Below are positions 26,701 to 35,525 of a stretch of 44,202 bases of DNA, piece by piece. The stretch is from a virus (Duplodnaviria > Caudoviricetes). The notes under the pieces are model-generated. The model searched no databases, was not told the DNA's origin, and worked only from the letters and a program-made list of their open reading frames with translations. Both the position numbers and the translations under genes were made by a program. Numbering within the stretch: position 1 is the stretch's first letter; the number at the start of each line of letters is the position of its first letter. The stretch is taken from the IMG/VR virus record IMGVR_UViG_3300016675_000235, positions 1 to 44,202 of that record; one strand, 5' to 3'.

Positions 26701-27160
26701 ATATTTTGAATGGAACCTGGTTGCGGACAAGTGCTATGACCGTTACCTGGTTTACCCTTGTACAGGTCCATGAGTATGCCCCGGATGTTGGTAGAGTTTG
26801 TGTGGCTACCACCGTCCATGTGGATGGCTCAACAATGTCGATTGCTTTCCTTGATTCGGTTTGGCACAATACCAATAACCTTTTCAGGCTTTGCGTAGGG
26901 GAATTGGAGAACTCCCCTATTTGGTTTCTTACTTGCCAAAAAGCGTCTGAAATGGCAGCCATACCATATTCGTATGTGATTGCGGTGCTGCTTCCGTTTT
27001 TTAGGGTATTTATCCTTTCGAATGGTGCCCAATATGGATTTGTTTCCGCTCCTTTTGGCTTTAGGTTTACAATAGAGTCACATAGCCCGTCCAATGCTTG
27101 GTCGTCCAAAAGTTGGTTGTTGATTCCCAAAAACGGTATGTTTACTTGTTGTCCCCTCAT
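23729..27160 (-). CDS. Tail nozzle / stabilization protein (P22 gp10-like) with C-terminal repeats
   Basis: 1143 aa; GI..DG....VNL N-terminus, NRIQAS..NPFYF, GQYPVYAFSDKGVWAL motif, position after adaptor genes. Confidence 0.7.
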   Translation of the reverse strand: MRGQQVNIPFLGINNQLLDDQALDGLCDSIVNLKPKGAETNPYWAPFERINTLKNGSSTAITYEYGMAAISDAFWQVRNQIGEFSNSPTQSLKRLLVLCQTESRKAIDIVEPSTWTVVATQTLPTSGAYSWTCTRVNQVTVIALVRNQVPFKIYYLIDDLFIEQGWPIMPKIGYTVLTNTYTEPEILAGDTTGIQRKTDQDQSFMICWAFRLFDGSYVRHSKFNLIRVVQGLETEFVTVKFEHLGYETPLPNLGFWEGLISGVALFCTLPKTSEKETLDDGVWYEVGFFPWVDKLPSDQWPTATDPNIFEVDSPSVKWATFRTLNIDSFSHHRFSARVVDTYNARLLLGGSSVDFALPDLGVTGGFDPDGGPYTNYLDFLTGNYFKTTNYYDSAGNVIDPEVELWDYETFTQNWSASFQPLAGREFKDIEIVESFPGSQDINPPGGLINLPNATYIAQINIDGEIELSITQIESTFGSASLADGAYMIIRIDIGPIGSPADEVITVRVSPGAVNPIDNTVEVPYFVFGEVTVEEGGGGTTLLGNASFQVVTIKTDAGTYYRIKKRTILDSITEVTLGGRTFWYPDRRATRLQFIVKNGSDYEVAFDKKLVAHPSSNYAYALIDEAEVTYTLGTSTALTTEPDLSLNDIQQWVRNRIQASFSGNPFYFDALATYRVGNRERDTILAFGINLNPTSEGQAGQYPVYAFSDKGVWALEQTGDPTIAFGRISPVSNFNGVNNTYAITNAGTLIVACDNKYIYAMAGLDTVRLDEAIANDPQYKEYLKQIRIGYHRATDYEEVIFSNPFYDYSLCYSLKYKVWYKATERFKFFFYDYPELLGMTLDNTIKDFSDKDVESPVAWSLQTRLIQFQQPYVYKRMFTSFVRMALRQPVQPTVEQYLPVNIQLKGYRDDNTINYTLFNESIKTDFLYDPRIYIQWGSMYAYRLIMSGTNYHKNGQIQLLDTDIEYRYQAIKRRFNCSARYLYAMQDAQVSLCECEDCGDNECEEFVYVGTAEESRLVTHNLGKVPSVFVTDENGNLIDCGVQLVIEDGVVNLNQMLLTFEDPINYRAYFNSRGDCAFFVYEGVPESTRTITHNLGKIPSVFVTSLAGFEIEVGVRLIPSGGGFDLNRIALDFDTPVGYRVYLR

Positions 27161-27161
27161 T

Positions 27162-27746
27162 TCAGAACATTCGGTATGGTTTTGATACTTTGTAGCTTTT
27201 TTGCATGTTGAGCGAATTGGTCATCAGTTCTTTCTTCCAATATTCGAACAGTTGCCATTTTTGCGTCATGCTGTCGGTGATCCTGTTAAGCTCGTACCAC
27301 TTGAATAGGACGTACTCTATGATTGCCGCCCTGATTTGGCTTTGCGTGACCGTATATTTCAATGGTGTAATACCATCCATCTGTTGGATGTTGAATTCAA
27401 GCGTATCCATTGCCCGCTTGGAAAGAAGCTCTCCTGTCTGTTTTTGGTTTTGCTGGAGATCAACATGGTTGAATTCATCAAGGGGATTATCATCGGTCTG
27501 ATGGTTGGATATTGCGTCCAGGGCTGTCTGCTCGGTTGATGTGATGTAGTTGCAGGAGTCTGCAATAAGGACCGCCGCTTCGTTGGCCCATGGCCAAATC
27601 AACTCGTAGTCGTCAGCGGAAATGACGATTTTTTGGTTTTCGCCATTGTTGCCCAACACCCTTGAAAGGTATGCCGTTTGCTGTTCGCAGGAGTTGAATA
27701 TTTCCTGCAAATCCACCCGTATGCTGTTTGATGTGTCAAGCGCCAT
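27162..27746 (-). CDS. Putative tail ring/adaptor protein
   Basis: 194 aa helical; IIEYVLFKWY motif; position between head and nozzle genes. Confidence 0.55.
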   Translation of the reverse strand: MALDTSNSIRVDLQEIFNSCEQQTAYLSRVLGNNGENQKIVISADDYELIWPWANEAAVLIADSCNYITSTEQTALDAISNHQTDDNPLDEFNHVDLQQNQKQTGELLSKRAMDTLEFNIQQMDGITPLKYTVTQSQIRAAIIEYVLFKWYELNRITDSMTQKWQLFEYWKKELMTNSLNMQKSYKVSKPYRMF

Positions 27747-27747
27747 G

Positions 27748-28812
27748 TCATTCCCCTTTTAGACCGTACCTGTTTGAGTAGAATTTTTGGACCATGGCAA
27801 ATGCTGTTTCCGCACGGTCCTTTTGATTGACTATAAGCATTACCCTTGCCGCACATTGGTAAACTACCGGATCCACAAGATCGTCCGGTAATTGGTTCGG
27901 CTCAATCCGTGGCACATAGTAAAACTGTCCGATAGTCGGCAATGTCTTGGATGTGAAGCATTCAATTGCAAGGCCATTGTTGGGTATGCTTTCCGATATT
28001 TCCGCCTCCGTGTAATCCGCAAATGAGATTAGCGCAGCCTTCGGCTTCAATTGGGTGCCCCTTGTCCACTTGATTGTTTTCTGGGCCGTGTATTCAGCCT
28101 CGTTTTCCTCGGGAATAAGCTCCGTCACTGGCTTTGACCATGTGCTTAACCTGATATTCACAAACCGCAAAAAGTCCGTTGGGCACGGGATGATATAGGT
28201 TTCCGGGGTATTCGATTGCACTACCCTGATATTCGGGTTGTCCGCCTCTGCGGTGATCGGTCCGTCAATGTAGGTCTTGTCAAATCCAGAACCATTGTCC
28301 AGGATGATGACCTTCATGATAAGAACACTGCCCGCAGGAGTATTGGGGAAATCAAGCAAATCGGGGTTTGCATTTGCCACCCCCGAAATGTATTCAAGCT
28401 GCCCAAGGTTATTGCCGACAATGATGTCACGCCTGTTGAGTCCTGCGGTAGGGTCGGCGGCGGCTGTCACCGCAAGGGGATCGCCTGAAAAACCTATTCC
28501 ACCGATGTTGTATTCGACTCCCTCTATTCCCGTGATGGAATCCGCTACTATAACGGGGTCGCCTACCGATATTAGCCCGGTGTTTGCGCCTGGGGTTATT
28601 GGAAAATGCTTGGTCCCGTTTTTGATAACCTGCCTCACCTGCACAATTGGCGCTTGGCGCAAAACGTCATAAATCGACTCCTTCAGTTCTCTTTGGATGA
28701 AGGCTACGGGACCTTCTATGATTGAATCATCAACCACGTTTTCCCCCGGCGGAAGGATTTCGTCGATTTTGGCCGCCACAAATTGGACCAATTGCGCTTC
28801 GGTGAAAGGCAT
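27748..28812 (-). CDS. Putative head-tail adaptor with internal insertion
   Basis: IPCPTDFLRFV..W, RGT..KP, YYVP..LVDPVVYQCAARV motifs; G/P-rich insert (ADPTAGLNRRDIIV). Confidence 0.6.
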   Translation of the reverse strand: MPFTEAQLVQFVAAKIDEILPPGENVVDDSIIEGPVAFIQRELKESIYDVLRQAPIVQVRQVIKNGTKHFPITPGANTGLISVGDPVIVADSITGIEGVEYNIGGIGFSGDPLAVTAAADPTAGLNRRDIIVGNNLGQLEYISGVANANPDLLDFPNTPAGSVLIMKVIILDNGSGFDKTYIDGPITAEADNPNIRVVQSNTPETYIIPCPTDFLRFVNIRLSTWSKPVTELIPEENEAEYTAQKTIKWTRGTQLKPKAALISFADYTEAEISESIPNNGLAIECFTSKTLPTIGQFYYVPRIEPNQLPDDLVDPVVYQCAARVMLIVNQKDRAETAFAMVQKFYSNRYGLKGE

Positions 28813-28818
28813 TTCAAG

Positions 28819-29331
28819 TTATTTCAAATTTGGGAATGAGATTCCTTTTTCTTCGGCAAGTTTGAAGATTTTCTCCTTGTTGTTGGTGTCCCTTGCTGTA
28901 AGCCCAGGGAAAAGACCTCTAAGGACAATACCTGCCTGCTGTGCGGTCGTTACGTCTGGATACTCTGTGGCGGATGTTTTTTCCTCCTCGGCATTTTCCT
29001 CCTCGGATTCATTGACCGTCACTTCATTTACCGCCTCGTTTACCGATACGGTTTCAGGTGCCTTCTTTGCCTCGGCCTTTTTTGGGGCGGATTCATCAAC
29101 GATTTCCCTGAATGATGCACCACCGTTGGCTTGGTTGCCGCCGTAAGCCCGCAGATACTTGATGACCTCTGGATCGTTTGTTGAAAACGTCGCCGGATAG
29201 ACCTTGTTTTTTACTCGGTTTCCGGTATTGAATGTGATTGTTTGGTCCCGCAGGATTTGTCCTTTCCCGTCTCTTTCAATGAATGGTACTACCAGATGGA
29301 GCATGTCCATCATTGCTTGAAATTTTGCCAT
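28819..29331 (-). CDS. Hypothetical virion-associated protein
   Basis: 170 aa after the capsid gene; ATFSTNDP and AEEKGISFPNL ends with acidic linker. Confidence 0.65.
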   Translation of the reverse strand: MAKFQAMMDMLHLVVPFIERDGKGQILRDQTITFNTGNRVKNKVYPATFSTNDPEVIKYLRAYGGNQANGGASFREIVDESAPKKAEAKKAPETVSVNEAVNEVTVNESEEENAEEEKTSATEYPDVTTAQQAGIVLRGLFPGLTARDTNNKEKIFKLAEEKGISFPNLK

Positions 29332-29362
29332 TGTTGTGTTGCAGTATTTTGTTTTGAAATAT

Positions 29363-29392
29363 AGGGCGGGACTGTATCAACGGCCCCGCCCT
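29363..29392 (-). terminator. GC-rich hairpin after major capsid gene
   Basis: AGGGCGGG..CCCGCCCT stem, weak U-tract; probably a partial terminator or mRNA stabiliser. Confidence 0.55.
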
Positions 29393-29398
29393 CAATTA

Positions 29399-30778
29399 CT
29401 AGGCTGTACGCTTGATTCTTGCGTGTGTGGCAAGGTATCTAGTCTCCAAGCACATGATTTCCTCAATCAATGTGGCGTTGGTGTTTTCGATACCGGCTTC
29501 CCTCAATTTCAATTGTCTTGAGGTCAAAGGCATAAATGGACGTTTCCTGATTTGGGTAAGGTCAAGGACTACCCCGTCGTCGGTGTGACCCATCACGTCA
29601 AATACCTTGTCGTGCTTGATATAAAGGTCGCCAAACATGGTTTCAACCCTTTTCAACTTAACGCCAGCGACGATTTCTGTTTCACGTCCGTTAAACTGCT
29701 TCTGAACGTCAGGAATCTTGGAGATTGCTGCGATCAGGTTACGTCCTGCCATTACATATCTGTCCGTTGCCCCGGCATTGTCGGCAAACAGGGTATTACA
29801 CCAGTCAATCCACATATTGTTGGTGATACCTCCTGCGGTAGTCCAATCAAGCTGCTTGGTCAATTGATGGTACACGCCCTCTGCGTAGTAGATGTCCTCC
29901 TCCTCTGATTCGGATGGTACAATGTATTTCTGTCCAAAATAGGATGCTTTCGCAATTTCGGTACGGAAATCATACATACGGATGAAGTTTTGGTCCCTGA
30001 AATTGAACCCTGTCTTGGTATCCAACATTGATCGGATATATCCTTCCTCCACCTGCGCCATGTGTCTTTGGCAATAGTTGAATCTATGCCCTGGGATCAA
30101 TGTCTTGTTGGCCGCCCTTGCTTTCTTTTCACCGTGTGCCGTTGGAGCCCTGTAAAGCGGCGTATCATTTGCGATTGCAGGCAAAAGGTTGTTGGTTGTG
30201 TTGATTGCCGTTACCCTCAACGTGCCGTTGCTGTTGATAGCATCAATCCTCAATGTCAACGGCTTGCTGTCCAATCCGTTGATTGATGGGATATAGATGG
30301 ATTCTCCAGGTACCCAAAGGGAAGGATTGTCAACGGAGATATTGCCAAATGCTACGGCACCTCCACCAGGAACGACGTATGCTGCCGCCATCTGATCACG
30401 GTGTCCCCTGAATTCAACTTCATCAAAATGAACGATTAGGTCTGTTGCTTTTTCGCTTTGTCCCGCCTCCCTCAATAGGGTGTCAAGCGCAAAGTCGTCG
30501 GGCATGATCATTGTGACAAAGGTGGAAACATCCTCGTCCAAATAGCCGGGGTCGGTTGCCGACCTTGGCCGGGCCGCCTCATTTGTTGCCCTAGTGTTTG
30601 AAGCCAACAAAGTAGTGTTGGCCACCATAAACGTGCTGCCACCCCCTAGCCCGAGAAAGGCCACAAGGGATTCGGCCAATTCCGGTGCTACGAGCGAAAT
30701 GACCGAAAAAGCTGCGAACACCATCAAGACCAGCGTAAGCAGGCCCTTGGCGAAATTGTGTACTGATTGCTTTTTCAT
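29399..30778 (-). CDS. Major capsid protein with hydrophobic N-terminal extension
   Basis: 459 aa after scaffold; FNYCQ, FRTEI...YFG, EGV, GV....ET.FGDL..KH..F, VLDL..I, LE.RY..HA pattern of HK97-fold capsids; followed by hairpin. Confidence 0.8.
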   Translation of the reverse strand: MKKQSVHNFAKGLLTLVLMVFAAFSVISLVAPELAESLVAFLGLGGGSTFMVANTTLLASNTRATNEAARPRSATDPGYLDEDVSTFVTMIMPDDFALDTLLREAGQSEKATDLIVHFDEVEFRGHRDQMAAAYVVPGGGAVAFGNISVDNPSLWVPGESIYIPSINGLDSKPLTLRIDAINSNGTLRVTAINTTNNLLPAIANDTPLYRAPTAHGEKKARAANKTLIPGHRFNYCQRHMAQVEEGYIRSMLDTKTGFNFRDQNFIRMYDFRTEIAKASYFGQKYIVPSESEEEDIYYAEGVYHQLTKQLDWTTAGGITNNMWIDWCNTLFADNAGATDRYVMAGRNLIAAISKIPDVQKQFNGRETEIVAGVKLKRVETMFGDLYIKHDKVFDVMGHTDDGVVLDLTQIRKRPFMPLTSRQLKLREAGIENTNATLIEEIMCLETRYLATHARIKRTA

Positions 30779-30820
30779 TGGTTGGTATTTGTTTTTAGTT
30801 GGTTTGTTCTCTATTCTTTA

Positions 30821-31861
30821 TTACCTGTTCCGTAATTTTTCCATGAAACTTGTCGGAGGAACTGTGACGAGTTCTGAAAGCTTTGATCGCTGCTTTGGCT
30901 TCTCCTGCGGGATCGCTTTGCCCAATTGTGGCACGATACCTCTTTCGGCCTTGGCTTTTTCCACTGCAATTTTGGCGTTCCTTCCGGCGATCTCCCCTGT
31001 TTCCCTTGCTTCCTCTATCGCCTTTTTGTAGTTGAGGCCACGCGCAAACAAAATCAGCGTCTCTTTGGTGACAAGTCCGTCAAGGAGTTCTGCATGGATC
31101 TTCGACATGAGCCCAACAAGGTCCTGTTTCACTTTGTCGTCAAATCCTTCGGAGGTTTGGAACTCTGCCAGCGCCTTGTTTGATTCCTCCATGTTTTTTT
31201 GGAGACGTTTTTGGGCTTTTTGCTGCTCCTTGATTTGGTTCTCCCTTTCGATCTTTGCCCTTACGAGTGTTTCCTTGTCGGTTTCCTCTAGGTTTTCAAG
31301 GTCAAACACACTTTCGTCAAGACCTGCTTTTACAAGGGCAATCGGGAATGCGTATCCTTCGGCTACAAATCTCATGACCTCGATAAGGTCCGGATCGCTT
31401 ACCTTTTCAACAAAGTCCTGAATCTGCTGCTTTTCCTCGGCCAACGCCTTGCGCTCCTCGGCCACAGTTCCAATATATTCCTTGATGGCATCCACCCCAG
31501 CGAGTTTTTTACCCTCCACTTCAATTTCGATTGGTTCGGCCTTAATTTCTGTGGCTGCCTCTATTTCCTCCTCTACTTCTTCCTCTTCCTCTACTTCCTC
31601 GGTTGATTTCTCCTGGAGCTTTTGGTTTATCAAATCTTTGAAAGAACCTCTTTCCGCAATCATTTTGATGGCATCCTTTGACACCTGGGATTCGGCTTCG
31701 ATTTCCTCCACTACCTGTTCATCCACCGCCGATTCCTCGACTGCCTGATTCTGGGCCTGCTCAACAACCTCTACCGCCTCTGCGATTGGTTTTGGCTCCT
31801 CTTGTTTTGCTTTTTGGGTTGCTGCCTCTTTTTCGGCTACCCTCTCTCTGAATGATGGCAT
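30821..31861 (-). CDS. Capsid scaffolding protein
   Basis: 346 aa, very E-rich and helical, AREtGEIAGRNAKI motif, directly upstream of capsid gene. Confidence 0.7.
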   Translation of the reverse strand: MPSFRERVAEKEAATQKAKQEEPKPIAEAVEVVEQAQNQAVEESAVDEQVVEEIEAESQVSKDAIKMIAERGSFKDLINQKLQEKSTEEVEEEEEVEEEIEAATEIKAEPIEIEVEGKKLAGVDAIKEYIGTVAEERKALAEEKQQIQDFVEKVSDPDLIEVMRFVAEGYAFPIALVKAGLDESVFDLENLEETDKETLVRAKIERENQIKEQQKAQKRLQKNMEESNKALAEFQTSEGFDDKVKQDLVGLMSKIHAELLDGLVTKETLILFARGLNYKKAIEEARETGEIAGRNAKIAVEKAKAERGIVPQLGKAIPQEKPKQRSKLSELVTVPPTSFMEKLRNR

Positions 31862-31878
31862 AAGCGTTGTTTTAAATG

Positions 31879-31929
31879 CAAAAAGGCCCTGCCTTCCACT
31901 ATCGGAAAGCAGGGCCTCAGAAGGCTTTT
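31879..31929 (-). promoter_or_regulatory. Terminator-like hairpin in the leader of the head operon
   Basis: AGGCCCTGCTTTCC-GATAGT-GGAAGGCAGGGCCT-TTTTG ending ~18 nt before ATG 31861. Confidence 0.65.
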
Positions 31930-32018
31930 ATGTATTAGGTTCTACTTTGAGGCACTAATATTGCCTAAATATAACAATTTGTCAAAATCTTGAATATTTT
32001 TTTTTGATTTTGTTCAAA

Positions 32019-32426
32019 TCAATCCCCGAACAAAAACAAAACACCCTTGTTCACCTTTCTGTTTTTCTTCCTGAAAGGAACATCATGCCTGTTGTGACAT
32101 CTTTGGCAAGCGGCTTTCAGGTTTGAGTAATCATTGTTGTCCGTATTGTGGTCAAGGTGCATGATTGTGAGTACGACTTTTATGAGTCGATTTGTGGGAT
32201 GGACTTCCCCTAGATAATCCTCCCCAATACGTTCGCTTGTATTTGCGTCGTAAATTATCCCATCATCATCTTGGTAGCATTCCACGCCGTTCCAGGTGCC
32301 ACGGATGATCATTTTGTGGTTGGGCACACCGCAAATCTCGCAGCAATGCTTTGCACGTTCCAATATTGCCGGACGGATATCTGTTTTCCAGTTTGGTGGA
32401 TATTTTGAATAGTCGCAGGGCATCAC
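32019..32426 (-). CDS. HNH-like endonuclease
   Basis: YPPNW..IR..ILERA..CCEICG..VLTIMHLDH...NN...NLKAACQRCHNRHD. Confidence 0.8.
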   Translation of the reverse strand: MMPCDYSKYPPNWKTDIRPAILERAKHCCEICGVPNHKMIIRGTWNGVECYQDDDGIIYDANTSERIGEDYLGEVHPTNRLIKVVLTIMHLDHNTDNNDYSNLKAACQRCHNRHDVPFRKKNRKVNKGVLFLFGD

Positions 32427-32710
32427 CGTTTCCTTTTGGCAATTTCTCCACGGACGACCTGCGCCACTTGCTTAACGCCTCCCTTGGTGTAGCTGCGTTT
32501 CAGTTCCTTTTCAGTGCTTTGGTAGATGATGGTAGGCACTTTCAAAAGGTACTCTTTGTTGGGATCAATTGTTTTGGCGATAGGCTGCTTGCCATATCCG
32601 GTCAAAAGCAACTCCCATCCCATTATCGGCTCCTCGGTCATTATCTGCTTTTGGATATCCCCGAGTTTTTCCGCAATCGCTTTTAGCTTGCGGGATGTCT
32701 TTTTTTTCAT
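32423..32710 (-). CDS. Basic hypothetical protein
   Basis: 95 aa in coupled operon. Confidence 0.6.
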   Translation of the reverse strand: MKKKTSRKLKAIAEKLGDIQKQIMTEEPIMGWELLLTGYGKQPIAKTIDPNKEYLLKVPTIIYQSTEKELKRSYTKGGVKQVAQVVRGEIAKRKR

Positions 32711-32871
32711 TCTACCCTCCTTACTTTGGCTTCACCAAACATTAGTACCGCAATATTGACCATCCACCCGTTTTCTGCTTTGTACGACGGATCAACCTTT
32801 TCCCGTGAATCACTTACCTCTATCACCGGATTACGGTAGGATAGTGATTTTTTCTGTCTGTGTTTTTTCAT
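32707..32871 (-). CDS. 54-aa hypothetical protein (not in ORF track)
   Basis: MKKHRQKKSLSYRNPVIEV..; ATGA overlaps at both ends. Confidence 0.55.
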   Translation of the reverse strand: MKKHRQKKSLSYRNPVIEVSDSREKVDPSYKAENGWMVNIAVLMFGEAKVRRVE

Positions 32872-33593
32872 GATGGAAATAGCATTAACTGTGATTTAAA
32901 GTTGTTGAATCGTTTTTCCTGTTTTGTCCAATATTCCGAATTTATTTCAAATGCAGTAAAATCACACCCAGCCAAATACGCTTCAATCCTGATTGAGCCT
33001 CCTCCAAGATGTGTGTCAAGTAACTTCATTCCTCTGAACCCATAATCGCTAATGAGTTTTCTGTAAAGAAGTCTTGGCTTATGGCAAGGATGTAATCTTT
33101 TTTCATTTAGCTTTTTGTTCCCCTGTTGAACCATTGGTTCGGATAGGCTTTTTGCCTGCATCATTCCCGACCATAACAAATCTATCTCCTCAACATGATC
33201 AATCATTGAGGCGTAAGCCATTTCATACTCTTTAAAACTTACACCTTCCGCAACACCCTTGTTCCACTTTATCCTTCCCGGACCAAGCCCAACCCAATCA
33301 ACATATTCAACACCAAAAATTATTTGCTCTTTGCTTACCCGTCTTAATTCATCAAAATAAGACTGGCTTGGAGGTTTTAAATCCCAATCATATTGAGTGT
33401 ACGGTTTTTTGTTTTTGTTTCCGTTGATTCTTGATCCATTTCTTTGTTTGATCGTAGTTGATACCTCCTTTAAAAATGGCATGTTTGCCACATTTATCCC
33501 ATACGGTATGTCGCAGATAGCCAAATCGAAAATTTTGTCTGGAAATCTTTTCATGCCGATTTCACAATCCTGTTGGTAAACCACGCTTTCCAT
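32868..33593 (-). CDS. N6A/N4C DNA methyltransferase (beta order), DIPY variant
   Basis: DLAICDIPYG, HPCHKP, LLDTHLGGGS, FEINSEY; real start probably 33593 (TAATG overlap). Confidence 0.85.
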   Translation of the reverse strand: MESVVYQQDCEIGMKRFPDKIFDLAICDIPYGINVANMPFLKEVSTTIKQRNGSRINGNKNKKPYTQYDWDLKPPSQSYFDELRRVSKEQIIFGVEYVDWVGLGPGRIKWNKGVAEGVSFKEYEMAYASMIDHVEEIDLLWSGMMQAKSLSEPMVQQGNKKLNEKRLHPCHKPRLLYRKLISDYGFRGMKLLDTHLGGGSIRIEAYLAGCDFTAFEINSEYWTKQEKRFNNFKSQLMLFPS

Positions 33594-33838
33594 TATCCCA
33601 ACTTTCTCAGCCACTCCCATTTGGCTAGTTTTTCCTCCAATAGCTGTTTGTGGACCTCGTTGTTTCTCACAAGACCAGCCTGCATGACCGAATAGTCCCA
33701 TTTTCTGCGCTCCGACGATCTCAACGCAAGGTTCCATCGGTTCATAACCTTGTTGATCCCCTTGACACGGCTTTTCTCGACCTCTTTATGGATGTCGGAA
33801 ACCACCCACCTATAAATGAATCGAAATAGTTTTTTCAT
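33593..33838 (-). CDS. Hypothetical protein
   Basis: 81 aa, coupled to both methylase genes. Confidence 0.6.
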   Translation of the reverse strand: MKKLFRFIYRWVVSDIHKEVEKSRVKGINKVMNRWNLALRSSERRKWDYSVMQAGLVRNNEVHKQLLEEKLAKWEWLRKLG

Positions 33839-34905
33839 ACAAAAAGACCTAATTCCTTATAAATACGTTTTTCAGCAATCTTAATATATGTTGGATTCAA
33901 TTCAAATCCAATGTAGTTTCTATTGAGTTTTCTGGAAACAATTGCCGTCGTACCGGCACCCATAAAGGGATTAAGAACAATCCCACCTTCGGGGCAACCT
34001 GCTTTAATGCAATCCACGATCAAATTCTGTGGAAATGTGGCAAAATGGGCTTCTGAAAATGGCTTTGTCGATACTGTCCACACGGATCGCTTGTTGGCTC
34101 CGTCTTTTACTTCATAATACTCATTATTGCTGTTTCCGCTTGGTTTTACTCCCAATCCATTGGCCTGTCCTCTTGAAAACGATTTTTCTCCGAGTTTTAT
34201 CTTTCGACCATTGTTAGTTGCTATTGCTGTTTTCCCTGTATCAAACGATGAGCCCTTCCATGATGAAACAGCCTTCATTTTTCCGTTTGTTTTTCCAGGT
34301 ACACGGTCGCTTCCTTCTTGGTTCTGTATGTCTTGGCTCAGTCGCTGTATGGAACTATCGGTTAAATTTTGCTTTATAGAATCATGATCATAGTAGTACT
34401 TCGGAGACTTACTGAGTAAAAAGATATACTCATGTGATTTGGTACATCTATCAGTCACACTTTCTGGCATTGGATTAGGTTTGTGCCAAATGATATCTTG
34501 CCTCAGATACCATCCATCTGCACGTAAGGCAAAGGCAACCATCCAAGGAATACCGACCAGGTCTTTTGGTTTTAGTCCGTTTGGAACACCAAGATTAGGA
34601 TATTGAGAATCTCCGAGATTTCTTTTCCCAATTGATGGGTCGCCTCCTCCTGATTTTGATGGATTAGCATAGCTATCCCCAAGATTCAACCAAAGAGTAC
34701 CATCAGGCTTTAATACCCGTTTTACTTCCCTGAATACGTTCACAATGTTTTGCACATATTCCTCTGGAGTTTTTTCAAGCCCAAGTTGTTCTTCCTGACC
34801 ATAGTCCCTTAACCCCCAATAAGGCGGAGACGTGACGCAACAATTCACCGACTCATTAGCAAGTGGAAGCGGATTTTTGACGTTGTGTTGTATTATCTTG
34901 TTCAT
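33835..34905 (-). CDS. N4C/N6A DNA methyltransferase (beta order)
   Basis: TSPPYW, LWLNLGDSY, IIWHKPNPMPESV.DR, HFATFP, NPFMGAGTT. Confidence 0.92.
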   Translation of the reverse strand: MNKIIQHNVKNPLPLANESVNCCVTSPPYWGLRDYGQEEQLGLEKTPEEYVQNIVNVFREVKRVLKPDGTLWLNLGDSYANPSKSGGGDPSIGKRNLGDSQYPNLGVPNGLKPKDLVGIPWMVAFALRADGWYLRQDIIWHKPNPMPESVTDRCTKSHEYIFLLSKSPKYYYDHDSIKQNLTDSSIQRLSQDIQNQEGSDRVPGKTNGKMKAVSSWKGSSFDTGKTAIATNNGRKIKLGEKSFSRGQANGLGVKPSGNSNNEYYEVKDGANKRSVWTVSTKPFSEAHFATFPQNLIVDCIKAGCPEGGIVLNPFMGAGTTAIVSRKLNRNYIGFELNPTYIKIAEKRIYKELGLFV

Positions 34906-35018
34906 ACAAACAACGGATCTCCTGTTCTTTGGTCGATATCTACAATAGGTTTTCTGCTTGGTTTTGGCGCTTTACCTTTCAGCACCATTTGGAGAATCTT
35001 TCTGATCGCTTTTTTCAT
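34902..35018 (-). CDS. 38-aa basic peptide leading into the methylase genes
   Basis: MKKAIRKILQMVLKGKAPKPSRKPIVDIDQRTGDPLFV; start marked by motif; ATGA overlap with methylase. Confidence 0.6.
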   Translation of the reverse strand: MKKAIRKILQMVLKGKAPKPSRKPIVDIDQRTGDPLFV

Positions 35019-35418
35019 TTGTCCTGTTGTTTTTATAGTCCCTGAATTCAAAATATTTGCCCGAAAACATTTCCGTGATTCCTTCGCATCCCCGGCCAAG
35101 CTGGAATTGCACACATTCACGCTTGCCCTCCAATACTTCGTTGACCAGTACCAGGATTTCCCGTTGTTGGTCGGTTGTCAGCCGCCCTATCGGTTCGGTA
35201 TCCCTGAATGCCATCATCGTTTTTTGGTAGGCTTTCAGATACCCCTTGGATGCCCGGTACCTTTCCTTTGACATCCGTACTCCATTTGAGTTGTAGAGAA
35301 GGTCGGTCATCTCGTCCAACTGATCGAAACTATCCCTGAACTGCTGCATCACATATCCGGGATTGAAGCCCTTTTCCGAGGAAAAGAACCGTATCTTTTC
35401 TGGGTCGTATTTTTCCAT
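34972..35418 (-). CDS. Hypothetical protein
   Basis: ~148 aa, first gene of leftward methylase operon. Confidence 0.6.
   Translation of the reverse strand: MEKYDPEKIRFFSSEKGFNPGYVMQQFRDSFDQLDEMTDLLYNSNGVRMSKERYRASKGYLKAYQKTMMAFRDTEPIGRLTTDQQREILVLVNEVLEGKRECVQFQLGRGCEGITEMFSGKYFEFRDYKNNRTNEKSDQKDSPNGAER
35019..35031 (-). repeat. Motif copy AACAACAGGACAA abutting ATG 35018
   Basis: 13-nt perfect complement to the sRNA. Confidence 0.8.
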
Positions 35419-35488
35419 CAATAGAATCGGTTTGCTAAATTAACGGAAAATTTTTCCAAAAATGAAATTCGATATTTTTTTTCCATTA

Positions 35489-35521
35489 TTTGCTTTTTAT
35501 GTTACGTTTTATATACATTTG
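35489..35521 (+). promoter_or_regulatory. Consensus Bacteroidota promoter, probably leaderless transcript
   Basis: TTTG (35489-35492), 21-nt spacer, TACATTTG (35514-35521); ATG only 4 nt later. Confidence 0.7.
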
Positions 35522-35525
35522 AATT

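Noticed and set aside
17246-31861. Numerous + strand ORFs of 60-160 aa within the virion genes
   Set aside because: Antisense shadows of long minus-strand genes with no recognisable motifs.
33594-33737. N-terminal extension of methyltransferase ORF
   Set aside because: Overlaps gene 33593-33838; TAATG coupling supports a start at 33593.
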